Below, piece by piece: positions 48,701 to 61,618 of a DNA stretch of 64,000 bases (position 1 is the stretch's first letter; each line of letters begins with the position of its first letter). Made by a program: the position numbers and the translations under genes. This DNA is from Sphaerodactylus townsendi (lineage: Eukaryota): contig NC_059433.1 in assembly GCF_021028975.2 (NCBI RefSeq), forward strand, positions 96,348,001 to 96,412,000. The letters run 5' to 3'. The notes beneath the pieces are model-generated. The model saw only the letters and a program-made list of their open reading frames with translations. It ran no database searches and had not been told where the DNA came from.

Positions 48701-49094
48701 TCCTGGGAATTTGAATAATCAACCAGTATCCCCTCCAAGATTTGGGAAACTATAATTTCAGGCCGTGTTTCTGGATTTGCTGCTCCATTATTGAGGCCAG
48801 TTCACACCTCATCTTCAAGCACCAGTGTGGGGAAATGGAGCCTTTTAGGCACAGATTCTTCCTCCTTCTCATTGCTCATACAAGGCCTTTTAAAGTTAAG
48901 CCTCAGTAATGGTGGCAGACTGGTGAATACCAAAGGCTGGACAGGAGTTTCAAATGTTCTTACCAAGAGCCCAAGAAGCCATGTTCTTGCCTAAGCGAGT
49001 GTTTCCTAGCAGAAATGGATTTTTTCCCTAAAACCACCTATTTGGGGGCGGGTTACAGGCTCTTTGCTATTGGGGTGGGGAGGGGGTGTTGCTG

Positions 49095-49631
49095 GAGAGG
49101 CATACTGTGGCATTACCACTGGTGGATGCTTCCTTTCTGGGGTGGGGCCATGCAGGCAGTAATTAAATGATTCAGCACTGGGTGGCTCCAGAGAAATAGC
49201 AACTTCCAGTGTTGTGGTGGGGGTGGGATTAGACACTGTCCAGATCCAGGGTGGGAAAGGGGTTTGGCCGAATATGGAAATCACTTAATTAGTGTGTGTG
49301 GTGTCCCTGTAACTTCCTGTGACATGTGAGGGGGTATGGCCTGATCACAGGACTTCTCTTGGTGTCAGGGGTGTGTTCACATATGTACGCATGCACATCA
49401 CATCCAGTATTGCAGGGAAAGGGATGTCATATCCAGATGATGCGCTTCTAGTGTTGTCAGGAGGTGTGACCAACACCTTTTCCATGACAATGTCATTTCC
49501 AGTGACATCAGGGGATGCAATCTGAGTTTGTCAATATCCACGAAAATATGCAAATTAATTGTTTCACTTCATTAATCTCCATAAATATGCAGATTACCTC
49601 ACTAGTATGCATATCATACCCTTTAACTACT
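49095..49631 (-). repeat. Maverick right TIR
   Basis: Inverted match to 45982-46575, ending in ACTACT. Confidence 0.85.
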
Positions 49632-52208
49632 CTGACTTGTTTGTGCATCTGTCCATTTGTCCACTTTCCTGCTTAATTCACTGCTCTTTTCGCATCTGGT
49701 CTTTCCTCCTTTTACATGCTTTCTACCCACCCACACGATCTCCTGTTCACTCACCTGTTCAGTCTGCTTTGCTCCTATTCTTCTACCTGTTCAGTTTTTC
49801 ATTCACTGCAAAGTGGTAGAGAAGCAAGCTACAAGGTAAGATAACCTGTGGCCTCCCCATCATATGATTAAGATGGCCATTGCCACCAAATTATCATGCA
49901 AAGATGAACTGAGGTGCACAGCTTGCTTACGCCCTTAATAAGCAAACAATGGCGAGATGTCAGTCATTTAGGTGGAATGTAATGTTTGTCCCTCCTGTTA
50001 CTGGACCTTAAAGACTGGGTACAGCTAGACATAAGAGTATTATGGTGCAAATTGAATGATTTTTGTCTCTTGGCTCACACCCTGTGGTTTGCAGCTCATG
50101 GTCTTAATAAACTGCCCAAATGGATCCAAGTCCAGCCCAGCATACGGTAGTTTTTGAAGATTGTTTGTTTTTGCTGCTTGTTTATTTACATTGTATATTG
50201 TTTATTTCAGTGGCATTGGAATTCTTGTAAACTGCTTGAGGTCCCTAAGCAGAGAAAAGTGAAATAAGAAACACCCCAGGTAAGGCCGTATGGGGTTGAC
50301 ATCAGTTAGTTTTGACTTGACAGCAAAAAAAGTAGATACTACATGGTTACATTCTAAGCAACCTCTAGTTCTTATTTCTGGACAACAAATGAGTCTTTGA
50401 ATCATGGCAAAGTGGAAACCGGAAAGAAACCTTCAATGCAAATGTAGACAGGCAAATTCAGAAGTAGAGATAAAACCAATAACAGTAAAGCCAATACTTG
50501 TCACTCAAGTGAATGAGGAGCTATGCTTTAGTCAAGCAACTTATGCCTACATCTTGGAAAGAATACTGTACATGACTCTTGGATAATTTGTGTTTCTGAT
50601 CATTCATGTTTTTCAAGAATTGGAGCTTAGCTTTTATTGATTTTCATCGCACCCTGCTATTTGCTAGTCAGATTCATAGCTGTCTCCCCATCTTCTCTCA
50701 GACATGTAAAATATCCTTTCTAATCTTTACTGATAGACCCAATTACAAAAATAAGATAACTCTGTTATTAAGAACTTTAATATAATAAATCAAGCCATAA
50801 ATAACCTTAAAGGACTCCTGTACCGAGCTGTACTTAACATATGCTTCATTAAGTAGAGTTTATAAATTATACAGCCTTTCTCTCTGATTCGCAGAATTTC
50901 TATTTCACTGAAAGAGCCCTATTTCAAACAATACTATAACGTCAAACCAATAAAAAAGCCTCTTTTAATGGAAGGTGTTATATATTTCATAAATATTGCA
51001 TTCAAATTGCTTTTGCCACTTTAAATTTTAATTGCCATGAAAATGTTCAATAACTCATCTAGTCCATGCTATATTTTCAAATTTCACATTATCTCCCCAC
51101 TAAATACTTTAAATAGTAGCTAAATATTATTTGTCTTTTTAAAGGCACAATTTATCCTTTAAAAATCTGCCAATTAAGTTTTAGGAAATGAAATGCATCT
51201 ATGAAGGCTACCTTGTATTACTTAAAATTTGATAGGCTGAAAATGTGATGGCAGCATTTGGCTAACAGTTTTGAAGCCTCTTTCTCCCTTTATCTGTGAA
51301 TCATCCTTTAAAATTGAAAATGATTTCCTTCTCTTTGGGCACTGGTGATACTGTAAGAAGGCTCATTGGAAACATTGCATTCTCCTTGAATACACTGTAG
51401 GAATGTGCTTTAGAGAGAGCAGAGTAGTGCCAGAGTGATACCGTCCCCAGTCACTTGCCTGTTCTGGATTGGGCTGTAAATGATACCACACAAAAGGCAT
51501 TTGCCTTCATGTCTTCTGACTCTGTGCTTCCCTTACCATTTTTCTGTCATCTAAGAAAAAAGCCCTATCTGCAGCTACCACCTTACATGGGGAAATAAGA
51601 TGTATCATTAAGGGAAATTTCATGCTTGCAAAAAAATAAATAAATAAGGCCTCAAAAGTGTTGCACACTTCTCCAGCTTGTTCAAAGGGACTCTCCAAGC
51701 CACACCTATCATATCAATTTCTATGCCTAAAAAGGGTTAAGTATCTAGACAGGTCTTCAGTCTTTTCAGCTGCCAAAGGAACTCCAAGTTCCTTCACCAA
51801 CCCTGCAAAGCTCACCATGAACAAAGCACATTCTCCCAAGTCACTTGGGTCAGCAAACAACACCCCCCCCATCCAAATAACACATCACATGCACTGATCC
51901 CGCATTTTCCTTAATTGTCACTTCTACCATGGTACTACAGCTCAAAAGTTGAGCATGAGATGGAACATTCCATGGGTAATGTCTTATCAAAATAAAAATG
52001 GCCTTCAAATTGAAAACCCAGTAAATCAAAGTTGTGAGGATGTGCAGGGAGAAGCCAAAATGTCACACTTTCCCAAACATGGTACCTTCCCATAGGACAG
52101 CACCATGGCAACTGCCGAATCAACAGACACTTTCCTGGACAGAGTGTAACTCCTCAGGTATCCCATCATTTACGGTTTTACCTCATGGAAATGCCAAGTA
52201 ATGAATTA

Positions 52209-52399
52209 CTGTATATACCGGTGTATAAGACGACTGGGCGTATAAGACGACCCCCCCCCCCCCACACACACTTTTCCAGTTAAACTATAGAGTTTGGGAT
52301 ATACTCGCCATATAAGAATACCCGGCGTATAAGACGACCCCACACTTTACAGATGATTTCCCGGGGTTCAAAAGTAGTCTTATACGCCAGTATATACAC
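52209..52399. mobile_element. Tc2/pogo-like MITE
   Basis: TA flanks. TIRs CTGTATATACCGGTGTATAAGACGACT / AGTAGTCTTATACGCCAGTATATACAC. Internal repeats of GCGTATAAGACGACCCC. Confidence 0.85.
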
Positions 52400-55300
52400 T
52401 ATCCTAAATTTCTCTGGGGGTTTTTTTCAGTGCATCACCAACAGAGAAATTCTTTAAAACAGGGGTCTCAAAAGTCCCTGCTAGCCCACCCTTCTATTTT
52501 TTCTTCTTCAATTTATCCCCAACTTCATGCTCCAAACTTACAACTCAAACTGTGTGCACTATAGGTCTGTCAAGGGCCCTCAGAAGGAATCTTAAAACCT
52601 AAAGTAAACACTGTTAACAAATAACCAGCACGTAACCTACTGAGGTAATGCTCTAACTAGAACGCAAGGGCATTAAGCTAAACTGAACTGGGGCCTTTAA
52701 AAGTGCCTGTCCCCAAACTTTCACCTTGGCTACCTTTCTGGCCCCTGGAGCTGTAGCTTTGTTCACACCTCAGGCAGAAAGCACTGCTATGCCCCCCCTC
52801 CAAGCACCAACCATATATATGGCAAAAGGTACATGCATTTTTAGGGCAGCCTCCTGAGCCATTAAAGTCACCACAGCTTGCTGACCGCTACTTGTGGTAC
52901 ATAACCTGACACTGAAAGATGAGACATCCATTATCAGAGGACCTCTAACCAGCACACCACAGACCAAAGACTAGAAATCATGATGAAAGAATCTAACTAT
53001 TAGGCTGCTGAAATTTGGTTAAATATGGATCAGCCCAGCCCTGTGTGTGAGTGCACTAAAAGAGCTCTTCCAAGCAAGCATATGAAAAAAGGAAAAACTT
53101 ACATTTATTACAAGTAACTTCAGATCACAAGCATCGTTCCAGGCAAAAGGTGGATAGATAGAAACCTGGCTTAGTCTAAAGAAATAACTTTCCCTATCAC
53201 AAGTGGGCATTCTAACACACCATCATGTATGTGCATACATACATGTGATATGATTCTGCGGGAAAGCTCCAGCAGGAGCAAGTAGCCATTACATTGAGCT
53301 CAGTGCAAAGGAGAAGAAGAAAAATGGCTGCAAGGGTGAAGAAGGAGGGGTTGGTGGGTGGAGCCCAGACATGGAGAGCAAACAATAGAACAGCTTAAAG
53401 ATACATAGCATCCCCACTCCATTGTCCAGGCATGCAGAAGTTGCTTATTCCAACATAGACTAGTTAAGATCCAAGGGCCTCCACTAGCACCCTACGCATA
53501 CGGTAGGATGAACTACAAATTATACAATGACTCTAACCTGTGTCTAAATGTCAAGTAGTAATTCAATTTTTTCCTTTTTGTATTTATTTAGCTTCAGTCC
53601 TACCTATAACTCAAAAACCTTAACTACAGAATAATCCATTATCTTATTAAGCTATTATTAACCTATAGTTCAAAGGCAGCTTCAACAAAAATCCTATAGC
53701 CCTCGGGATCTAACTTTGCTATACAAACACTAACACACAAACAACAACTCACCCAAACACATGCATATTCCATTAATATGCTCGCACAATTACAAACAAA
53801 TTGGCTTAAGAAACAAGCTTCAAAGATACAGAACCTCCCACTCAGCCACAGTGAGAAGTCTGAGGGTGAAGGGGAGCAGCAGGACAAACTGGCCACTTGA
53901 ACTCATCTGATTGGTTGCCTTTTCTATCACAGCTCATGCAGCCTCCCACTTCATTTGAAGCAAGCTGGGGCCTACCAAATCAACACACAACTGTAAATCT
54001 TTATTTTCCTAGGAACACTCTTAAAAAGTAAAGGAGCAGCAGGTTAAACCTGAAATGAGGGCTTATGTTACATAGGCATTTGGTGGATAGACATTTGGTG
54101 AATAGTATGAAAGGGCTACGATCCAACCAAACATTCTTCTGTCAGGCAGATTTTTCATACTGAGGTACAATTCCAAACATATAGGTGAGTTCACTCTCAG
54201 ATGGAGTCATTCAACAGGACTGGAGATAAAAATCTGCTGTACTGAATGCATACTCCCAGGGGCAGTGGCCTGCAAAATTCACATACTCTGTTTTAATATT
54301 TCTTCAGTACTCAGTACGGCCAGTGGTTCAAAGGTTAGCAACTTAAAGGAGCTTCGCTAGACATAATGAATGTGACACTTGCTTAAAATACAGTGAACAG
54401 AATACATATAAACCCACTTCGATTCACTACATATCCATTTCTGTCTCTTTGTTCTGATGCTGCATAGAGAATTGCAATGAAAAAATATTTCAGTAATTTT
54501 TTTCTCCATGAAATTTTTCTCCTTCATACATAAGAAAAGTGCAGTTTGCATGCCAGAATTTTGTGTTGATGTTAGTCTTAAAAATATAAATAAAATAAAA
54601 ATCCTTTTCATTTTAGAAAAAAAATTGAACAAGACTCCTCCTCCAAAAGGATTATTTAAAATAAAAAAGAATGTGATTGTGTTGCAATACTAGAGATGTC
54701 TATTGTAATTCACAAGTACCAGGACCTTGAGAAGCCAATTAAACTGCTCCGGATATATTTCAAACATGAAGGCAAAGTGCTGGTAAAGTGGGAAAACCAA
54801 AGTACCAATTCTGAAATTACCATAGGACTGCTGTGATTTATCTAATTCAAAAAATTGTTCAAAATAATCCTCTCAGATATTCTAGTGGCTCAAAATTATA
54901 TGTTCGATATTAGATTGTCTATATGATTACAACTTACGAAGGCAAGGGTATAAAATGAAGAATTTTTAGCCAGAGGCATTTGTCTACTGGTAGAGTTTAA
55001 TTAAATGTGTTCCCCCTTTTTTTCCTAGAATGAGCATCAAATGATCAAATACATATGATCATACTTTACTTTAGTGTTACTAACATTATGCTTCTAGAAC
55101 CCATTTTCCATTTTATGTCTGAGCAATATTACTAATTTTAAATGAAGAATCTGAGTTCATTTCATAGTGAGAAAGAGATGGTTTGTTGTAGTGAGTAAAA
55201 TGGTCCAAGAAGATTGGCTTTTACTCAGTGTCATAGCCTTACCAACAAAAAGTTTCATGATCAGTTCCTGGTTTTTCCAGTTAAAAATAGCAGGTAAGGA

Positions 55301-55464
55301 GGAATTTCTTTTTGACCTGAAACACTGGAAAGCTTCTGGCAATCACAGTAAGTAATATTGAGTCAGATACTGTTGGTATGAGACAGGGCTGAACTCTCCT
55401 TTCAACACTACACAATGTTGTGTCACTCATTACCTAGTTTATCTTTGCTATGGTAATTTGTCCG

Positions 55465-55665
55465 TGACCTGGTTAGCCCCAGACTAGCCTGATTTTGTCA
55501 GATCTCAAAAGCTAAGCAGAGTTGGCTCTGGTTAGTATTTGGATGGGCAACTTTCAAGAAATACCAGGGTCATGACATGGAGATAGCCAATGGCAAACAT
55601 AACTTGCTTGGAAAGCTCTATGGGGTTGCCCTAAATCATCTGTGTCTTGGTGGCACACACATACA
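55465..55665 (+). mobile_element. 5S rRNA-derived SINE (5S-Sauria-like)
   Basis: CCTGATTTTGTCAGATCTCAAAAGCTAAGCAGAGTTGGCTCTGGTTAGTATTTGGATGGG matches the 5S rRNA A/IE/C box region, followed by a non-5S RTE-type tail and (CA)n. Confidence 0.8.
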
Positions 55666-57091
55666 CACAAAGATAATTGTTGAGGGGCCATCTCACTAAA
55701 CCTCCTACATATCTAACTTCAATGGATCATTCATATACAATCTTTTTATAAGTGTGGGGTTTCAGGTGTCCATGTCCCAATGTCCAAAGCTTGGGCAATA
55801 AAAAGGAAGAGCTTGAGCTTCTCATGCAGATGGGGATATGATTTAGTAGATGTTACAGTGACTTGTTGGGATGAGTCCAATGACCAGAATGTAGTAGTGG
55901 ATGAATATGAGTTATTCAATAAAAAAGGACTGAAGAGGAGGAAGAGTGGCATTGCACATGAGGAGAGGATTTACTTGTCAGGAAATACTGGAAAAGGCAG
56001 GTGACAGTCCAGTGGGAAGGATCTGGGTGAGGATAAGGGAAGGAAGAACTAATAGTATTATGGTTGGACTCTGCTATGGACCACTTGACCAAGGTTAGGA
56101 AGTGGATGCTGCCCTCTTTTTGCAGCTTGACAGACTAATCAGGCAACATGACCTTATAGTTATAAGTGACTTCAATTTCCTTGATGTGAGCTGGGAGACC
56201 AACTCTGCTAAATGTTCACAGTCATGCAACTTCCTGACTGCCTGACCAACAACTTCCTTTTTTCAAATAATGGAGGAAGCTGTGAGAAGCTTGGCCATAT
56301 TCCACTTAACAATATGTAAGAATTGGTAGATGGGGGAAAGGTGCTTGGGACCCTAGAGAGAAGTGACCATGTTCTTTAGAATTTCCTTTGCAGTGGGAGA
56401 CCAAAGAAGTTCATGGCCAGATATGTATGTTAGATTTTAGTAGGGCAGACTAGTAGGGCAGAATTCAGAGCCATGATGAGAGTCATTCCATGGGCAAGAA
56501 TTCTGAAAGGAAAAGGAGGAAGTAATGAGTGGGTTCTCCCAAAACAAGAGTTCTTGCTATCAGTATTCCAACCAGATAGAAACATGGCAGGGGATCCAAG
56601 AAGCCAAAGTAGATGAACAGAGAACTACATGATAAGCTAAGGGAGAAAAAGGAAATGTTCAAGAAATGGAAGCAAGGACATACCTTTAAAGAAGAGTATC
56701 TGAGGGTTGCTATGCACTGTAGGTCAGCCATCAGAAAGACCAAAGCTCAGAATAAGCTGAAGCTGCCCAGGGAAGCTTGCTACAAGAAAAGCTTCTTCAG
56801 ATAAGTGAGGAGCAAACACAAATGAAGCAATAGGCCCACTAGTGGGTGGAAATGGATACATTCTAACAGGCAGAAAGAAAGCAGAAAGGCTCAATGTCTA
56901 TTTTGCCTCAGTTTTTTTCCCCTGAAGAGAATGACCTAATTTTGAAATGGTAGTTGGCAAATCACAGTGTCCAAGCTGCTGGTAGACATGGACAGAGAGG
57001 TTGTTAAGAAGCACCTAGATACATCAGATGGGTATGAATCTTATGGGCCAGACAGTATGCACCTGAGAGTGCTCTAAGAATTTTCTAGAAT

Positions 57092-57312
57092 TGGGTGCTG
57101 TGTGGTTTCGGGGCTGTATGGTCGAGTTCTAGCAGCATTCTCTCCTGACATTTCGTCTGCATCTGTGGCTGGCATCTTCAGAGGATCTGGTGTGATTGCC
57201 AGCCACAGATGCAGGTGAAACAGCAGGAGAGAATGCTGCTAGAACACGGCCATACAGCCCGGAAACCACACAGCACCCCAGTGATTCTGGCCGTGAAAGC
57301 CTTCAACAATAT
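57092..57312 (+). mobile_element. Fold-back Penelope-derived mini-element nested in CR1
   Basis: ~85-bp inverted arms. 13-bp TSD AATTTTCTAGAAT at 57079-57091 and 57313-57325. Confidence 0.88.
57144..57184 (-). ncRNA. Minimal hammerhead ribozyme motif (CpG-decayed)
   Basis: Minus strand reads cct-CTGAAGA-tgccagccacagatgcagac-GAAATGTC-agg. Confidence 0.6.
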
Positions 57313-60300
57313 AATTTTCTAGAATGTTTGATCATGTACAACATCTTTTTGAGGATGGAAGCTGTGCCATAAGAATGGAGGGAGACCAGTGTTATGCTAA
57401 TATTCAAAAAGGGAGGAGGAATGACCCAAAAAGGCAACAGGCAGAAAAATCTGCCTTACAGTGATAAAAAGGTGCCAAGTGGCAGGGAGGTTGCCACACT
57501 CTGTATTTGGCAACCTTTTCTTGCAAACCGAAACATTGAGCTTGTGACTTTGTGCCTTGTGGTGTTCTGTGTCCATAAGAAAAGTGTTAAGTGAGCTTGG
57601 CTAAAGTAATTGAAACCTGGCGTGGCATCTGTAAGTATATACAGTAAGTGTGTGTGTGTGTGTGCGCTCACATATTTCAATGAGCTAAGTTACCACACTT
57701 GCCTAAAAATAGTTGAAGACCATTATTATGCTCCTGTCATAATCATGCACTTGTCATTATACCCTTGTCATTATTATTCCCTGAACTCCAAGAATCAGAA
57801 AAAAGGACTGACATTATGACATTTTATTATTCACAGCACAATTTACTTTCTGGAAGAGATCCACTGGAAAAAAAATACAACCCATCATTTAGACTCTAAC
57901 AGATTCATGTTCTTCTCAGTGAGAGTAGCCTGGAGGATAAAGAGCCAAAGCAGACTGTGAATAGGCACAACCCAAGGGACTAAAGTAGAAGAGAAATGAT
58001 CACAAAACATTAATAAAAATACTGATATGCTCCTCGTCATGCAATATGGAACAACTCCAATATTTAATTTTTAAAATTACATTCAAAGAAGTTTGGCATT
58101 ATTTCATGGTCTACCAAAGGAACCTTCCTCAAAACCACTTTTACTGTGTGACAAAGCATAGTACTCTTTCAGCTATCACAATACTGTTTTTCTAACCTAC
58201 CCCCTTCTAAAGGTTTGGAGAAGGAACAATACTCAACAAAATACCACACAGTCTGCTGAACAAATAATGTATATAAAAAACTACATTATAACTAATTGTC
58301 ACACACTACTTTCTGTCTGTCGACCTTTCAATTCTGACCTGCTTTACAGCATAGATAGAAGAAATACCGTTTGAAAGCTGAGAGGGAGGGGAAGGTGATG
58401 AATTATGTTTGGAAAACCTACATCCTTTCATCTGAGAGAACAACACAGTTTTTGGAAACAGCCAAAGACAAACTAAAATGCCAGAGGCTGTTTCAATACA
58501 CTTTAGGAATAGAAACATAGGAAACCTCCTGCCTTGAAGCAGTAAATCCCATACTTAAAATGTCCCACTAGATTTCTGTCTATAACCAGTACAACCTCTA
58601 TTGATGGAAGCTTCACAGCCTTCATAGATGATATCCTCAGCTGCCTGATAACTGACACACATGAGTTCCTCCAACTTAAACTTCTATTCTGCTCTTATAC
58701 CATTCAAAAATGCTAGTGGGATAAATTAATCCACCTCTCCTTTTAGACAGATTTTCAGATAATTGAAGAATGCTACCAAGAGTCACGACCCTGCTTTTTT
58801 CCCTAGTCTGGACTAAACATATTTTATTTTTTTCATGGCATTTAACTTTAGAAATCCAAATCTCTAGCATTGTATGCATGGTTACTGAATACTTACCAAT
58901 TTTGTAAGCATGATCTCATCATAATTGACAACAAATGGAAACCACACTCATTAGAGAATTAATCAATGAATCTTCACAGTTGTTTAGCCATGGCCCATTA
59001 TCAGTTGCTTGTGAACACCTAGTCACATACACAAAACATGCAATACACGAGCCATACATATAGCAAAAGGCTAGTTTGACCAAATGAAGTTCACCACTCT
59101 CAAAATGTCTAGAGAGATCTCTGTAAAATATACATAGAATATCATAAACATTTCTATTCTTTGCATTTCCATATGCTGTGAGATGAAGTGAGCAGAGAAT
59201 AAAGAAACCATTGGAAAGGGTGGGGGTATATAGAGAACCAGCTAATTATCCAATCTCCAGACTTACTTCAAAACAATTACTATCATCAATAATTGTATAG
59301 TGTCTTCAGTGAAACTATATCAAAGTTAATCAAAGCTTTCCTGGTTTTGTGGAAGACACATAGCTTGTTCAGCTCTCACATATAAATTTCCTTGACAGTT
59401 GACATCTTTTATTTTCCAAGGCCATTTTCCAAGACCAAAAGGACATCACTATCCAAAGCCACTCTGAGATAAGGAGGCATTAAAAATAGAGTTCTGTGAC
59501 CTGTAGGTCATTAATTGATTGTTAGGCCAAAAATGAACCCATGAATAACTGCCTTGATTCCCTCTGTCATCACAAAAGCATTCTTCCTATGTAATGAGCA
59601 TACGATAGGAAAGTTTTAAAAAGATGCTTTATCGTTCCTTTTACCTCAAGCTGTACGGGGTATAGAGCTAACATGAGGTACAGTTCACTAATATACCCTG
59701 TATCAATGCACTGACCTTTAACTGTGACTTCCAGCTCCAGAAAGAACTCAGACTGACAATAAGAGTTTGAATTTGAGGGGGGTTATATTCCAGATCTCTC
59801 TTGTTGCTGTTTGGAGGTTAATTGGTTGCAGTGGGAAGAGTTAAAGGATATTTCTAATCAGGGTTAGAGAAATGTATCCTGTTAGAGGGCAATTATATTA
59901 AGAAGGAAAGTAGAGAAACATATAAAATGTAATGAAAGTTCTTCAGCGTAAAGATTTTAAAGATTTTAACTAAACATACCCTACTTCTTGACTGTTGAAA
60001 CAGCTTAACAAGCTGTGGGCTGATCTGTGAAAAATGATTTTTTTTCCAGAGGGGTTGAGATTGACAGATGGTTGGGAACGGTAACCCTGTTAACCTAAGA
60101 AGAATCTGAATTATGAAGTACACAGCAGAGATTCAGACCTCTTCATTTTCTTGGACAGAAGTCAGAAAAAAGGCTGCTCTTATTTTTTAAACAACCTTGA
60201 CCATTAACACAATCTATGAAATTGGGGCATTAGTAACATTACTGAAATCTACCCACAAGCATAAAGATCTGTGATAAGGGAAGGGGTAATGGACCGCTAT

Positions 60301-61220
60301 GAAGACCAGTAATGGAACTTACACAAGGGACACAGATACGTGCTAAAGATAGCTCAACCTCCTTTCAGAGAGGAGTTCTTTTTACTAAGATATGAGACAC
60401 AATTAGATAATAATTACAATCAATAGCTCTAAAGGGACGTGGGCCATCTTTCCTATAAGCACAGCTGATTTCCTATAAGCACAGCTGATGTATTCTGTGT
60501 TTAATTAAAAATATTTTGAGAAGTAGGAAAAAACACACGGAGAGAGAACAAAATAAACTGTTTAAATTTGTAAAACAGATTTCAAGGAAAAGTAGTATGC
60601 AGTTATGCAGTCATAAATTTCAAATGACATTCAAAAGGCTACCCACTAGAATTCAGTATCTGGTAACAAATTATTCGGCAAAAGTAGGCAATATGATACT
60701 TCTTACTGAAACAATATATGTTGATGAGAAACAAACTAAGCTTTTGGGATTCACAACATTTCATAAGTATATCTGAAAAAAGCTAACTTATCACATGTGA
60801 AATGTAACCATGTGAATGTTGCTTCATATTGGCCACCATTTGTGGAAACAGCTTTGATTTTCACCATGTTATTTTGTGTGCAGAAAAAAATAACTATTAT
60901 CACTTGACTGGCCAGAGTTTGCCACATATAGCAGACTCCATGTGGTTGAATTAAATTGGCTCTTGTATCTAAGAAATCCTTTCTCGGAGGGTCTTTCTTT
61001 CCTTTACAACCTTACATGCAACTCATACAATTGTAAGAGAATAATTAATATGTTTTAAAAATACATTTTCATCATTTAAGGGGTGATTTTTACATCAGTC
61101 AAACATCAGCCAAACAGAAATAACTTGTTGGTATTTGGAGGGTTTTTTCCTCCCCAAAAAGACAGTAATAAAAGGCAGCTGAAAAAGCAGATCCTGAAAA
61201 ATGGCATTTCCCTCACTTAC

Positions 61221-61405
61221 CTGCCAGAGGCGGCATGCACAGTTGAACACTGGATTCAGAGAGGCTGGGCCCAGCATTGAACTGTGGATGGCACGTCTGA
61301 ATTCCATGTGGAGTTTGAAGGTGGAGCATGAAGTTAAGCATTGGGCTTAGAAAGGCTGAGTCCAGTGTTGAACTTTGTACCAATGTCTCAGATCTCTGCA
61401 TGGAT
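61221..61405 (-). CDS. Internal 185-nt exon of an unidentified - strand gene
   Basis: Acceptor TGCCTGCTGTCTCCTAG| and consensus donor CAG|GTAAGT. One frame is fully open (SMQRSETLVQSSTLDSAFLSPML...SSVQLCMPPLA). Phase 0 gives IHAEI*. Confidence 0.5.
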
Positions 61406-61563
61406 CTAGGAGACAGCAGGCAACACGGGTTCAGTTCTTCACCACCTACTACCTCCCAGACCCACATGGAGTTTGGGAACAGGTGGATTTTTGAGTTCTG
61501 GTTTAACTGCCTAAACATTTGTAAAAAGAAAAACTGGAAAAGCCAATACAGAGAATCAGCTTG

Positions 61564-61565
<2 letters not shown>

Positions 61566-61612
<47 letters not shown>
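61566..61612. repeat. (TG)n microsatellite
   Basis: Direct reading. Confidence 0.98.

Positions 61613-61618
<6 letters not shown>

Larger units (their letters stand above)
45982..49631. mobile_element. Maverick/Polinton relic, internally deleted
   Basis: Termini AGTAGT...ACTACT. Degenerate 6-bp TSD TTGGCT/CTGACT. Long TIRs and a protein-primed PolB fragment inside. Confidence 0.9.
55750..57430 (+). mobile_element. Old CR1 ORF2 fragment (APE endonuclease and linker)
   Basis: YDLVDVTVTCWDESND..YELF..RRKSGIA, DFNFLDVSW, SDH and SYGPDSMHLRVL. Many stops. Confidence 0.85.

Noticed and set aside
53660-53960. Possible alternative promoter/first exon (CCAAT box, weak donor)
   Set aside because: The donor is non-consensus and there is no independent support.
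55488-55570. 5S rRNA gene
   Set aside because: Diverged, lacks the proper 5S ends and terminator, and is fused to a SINE tail.
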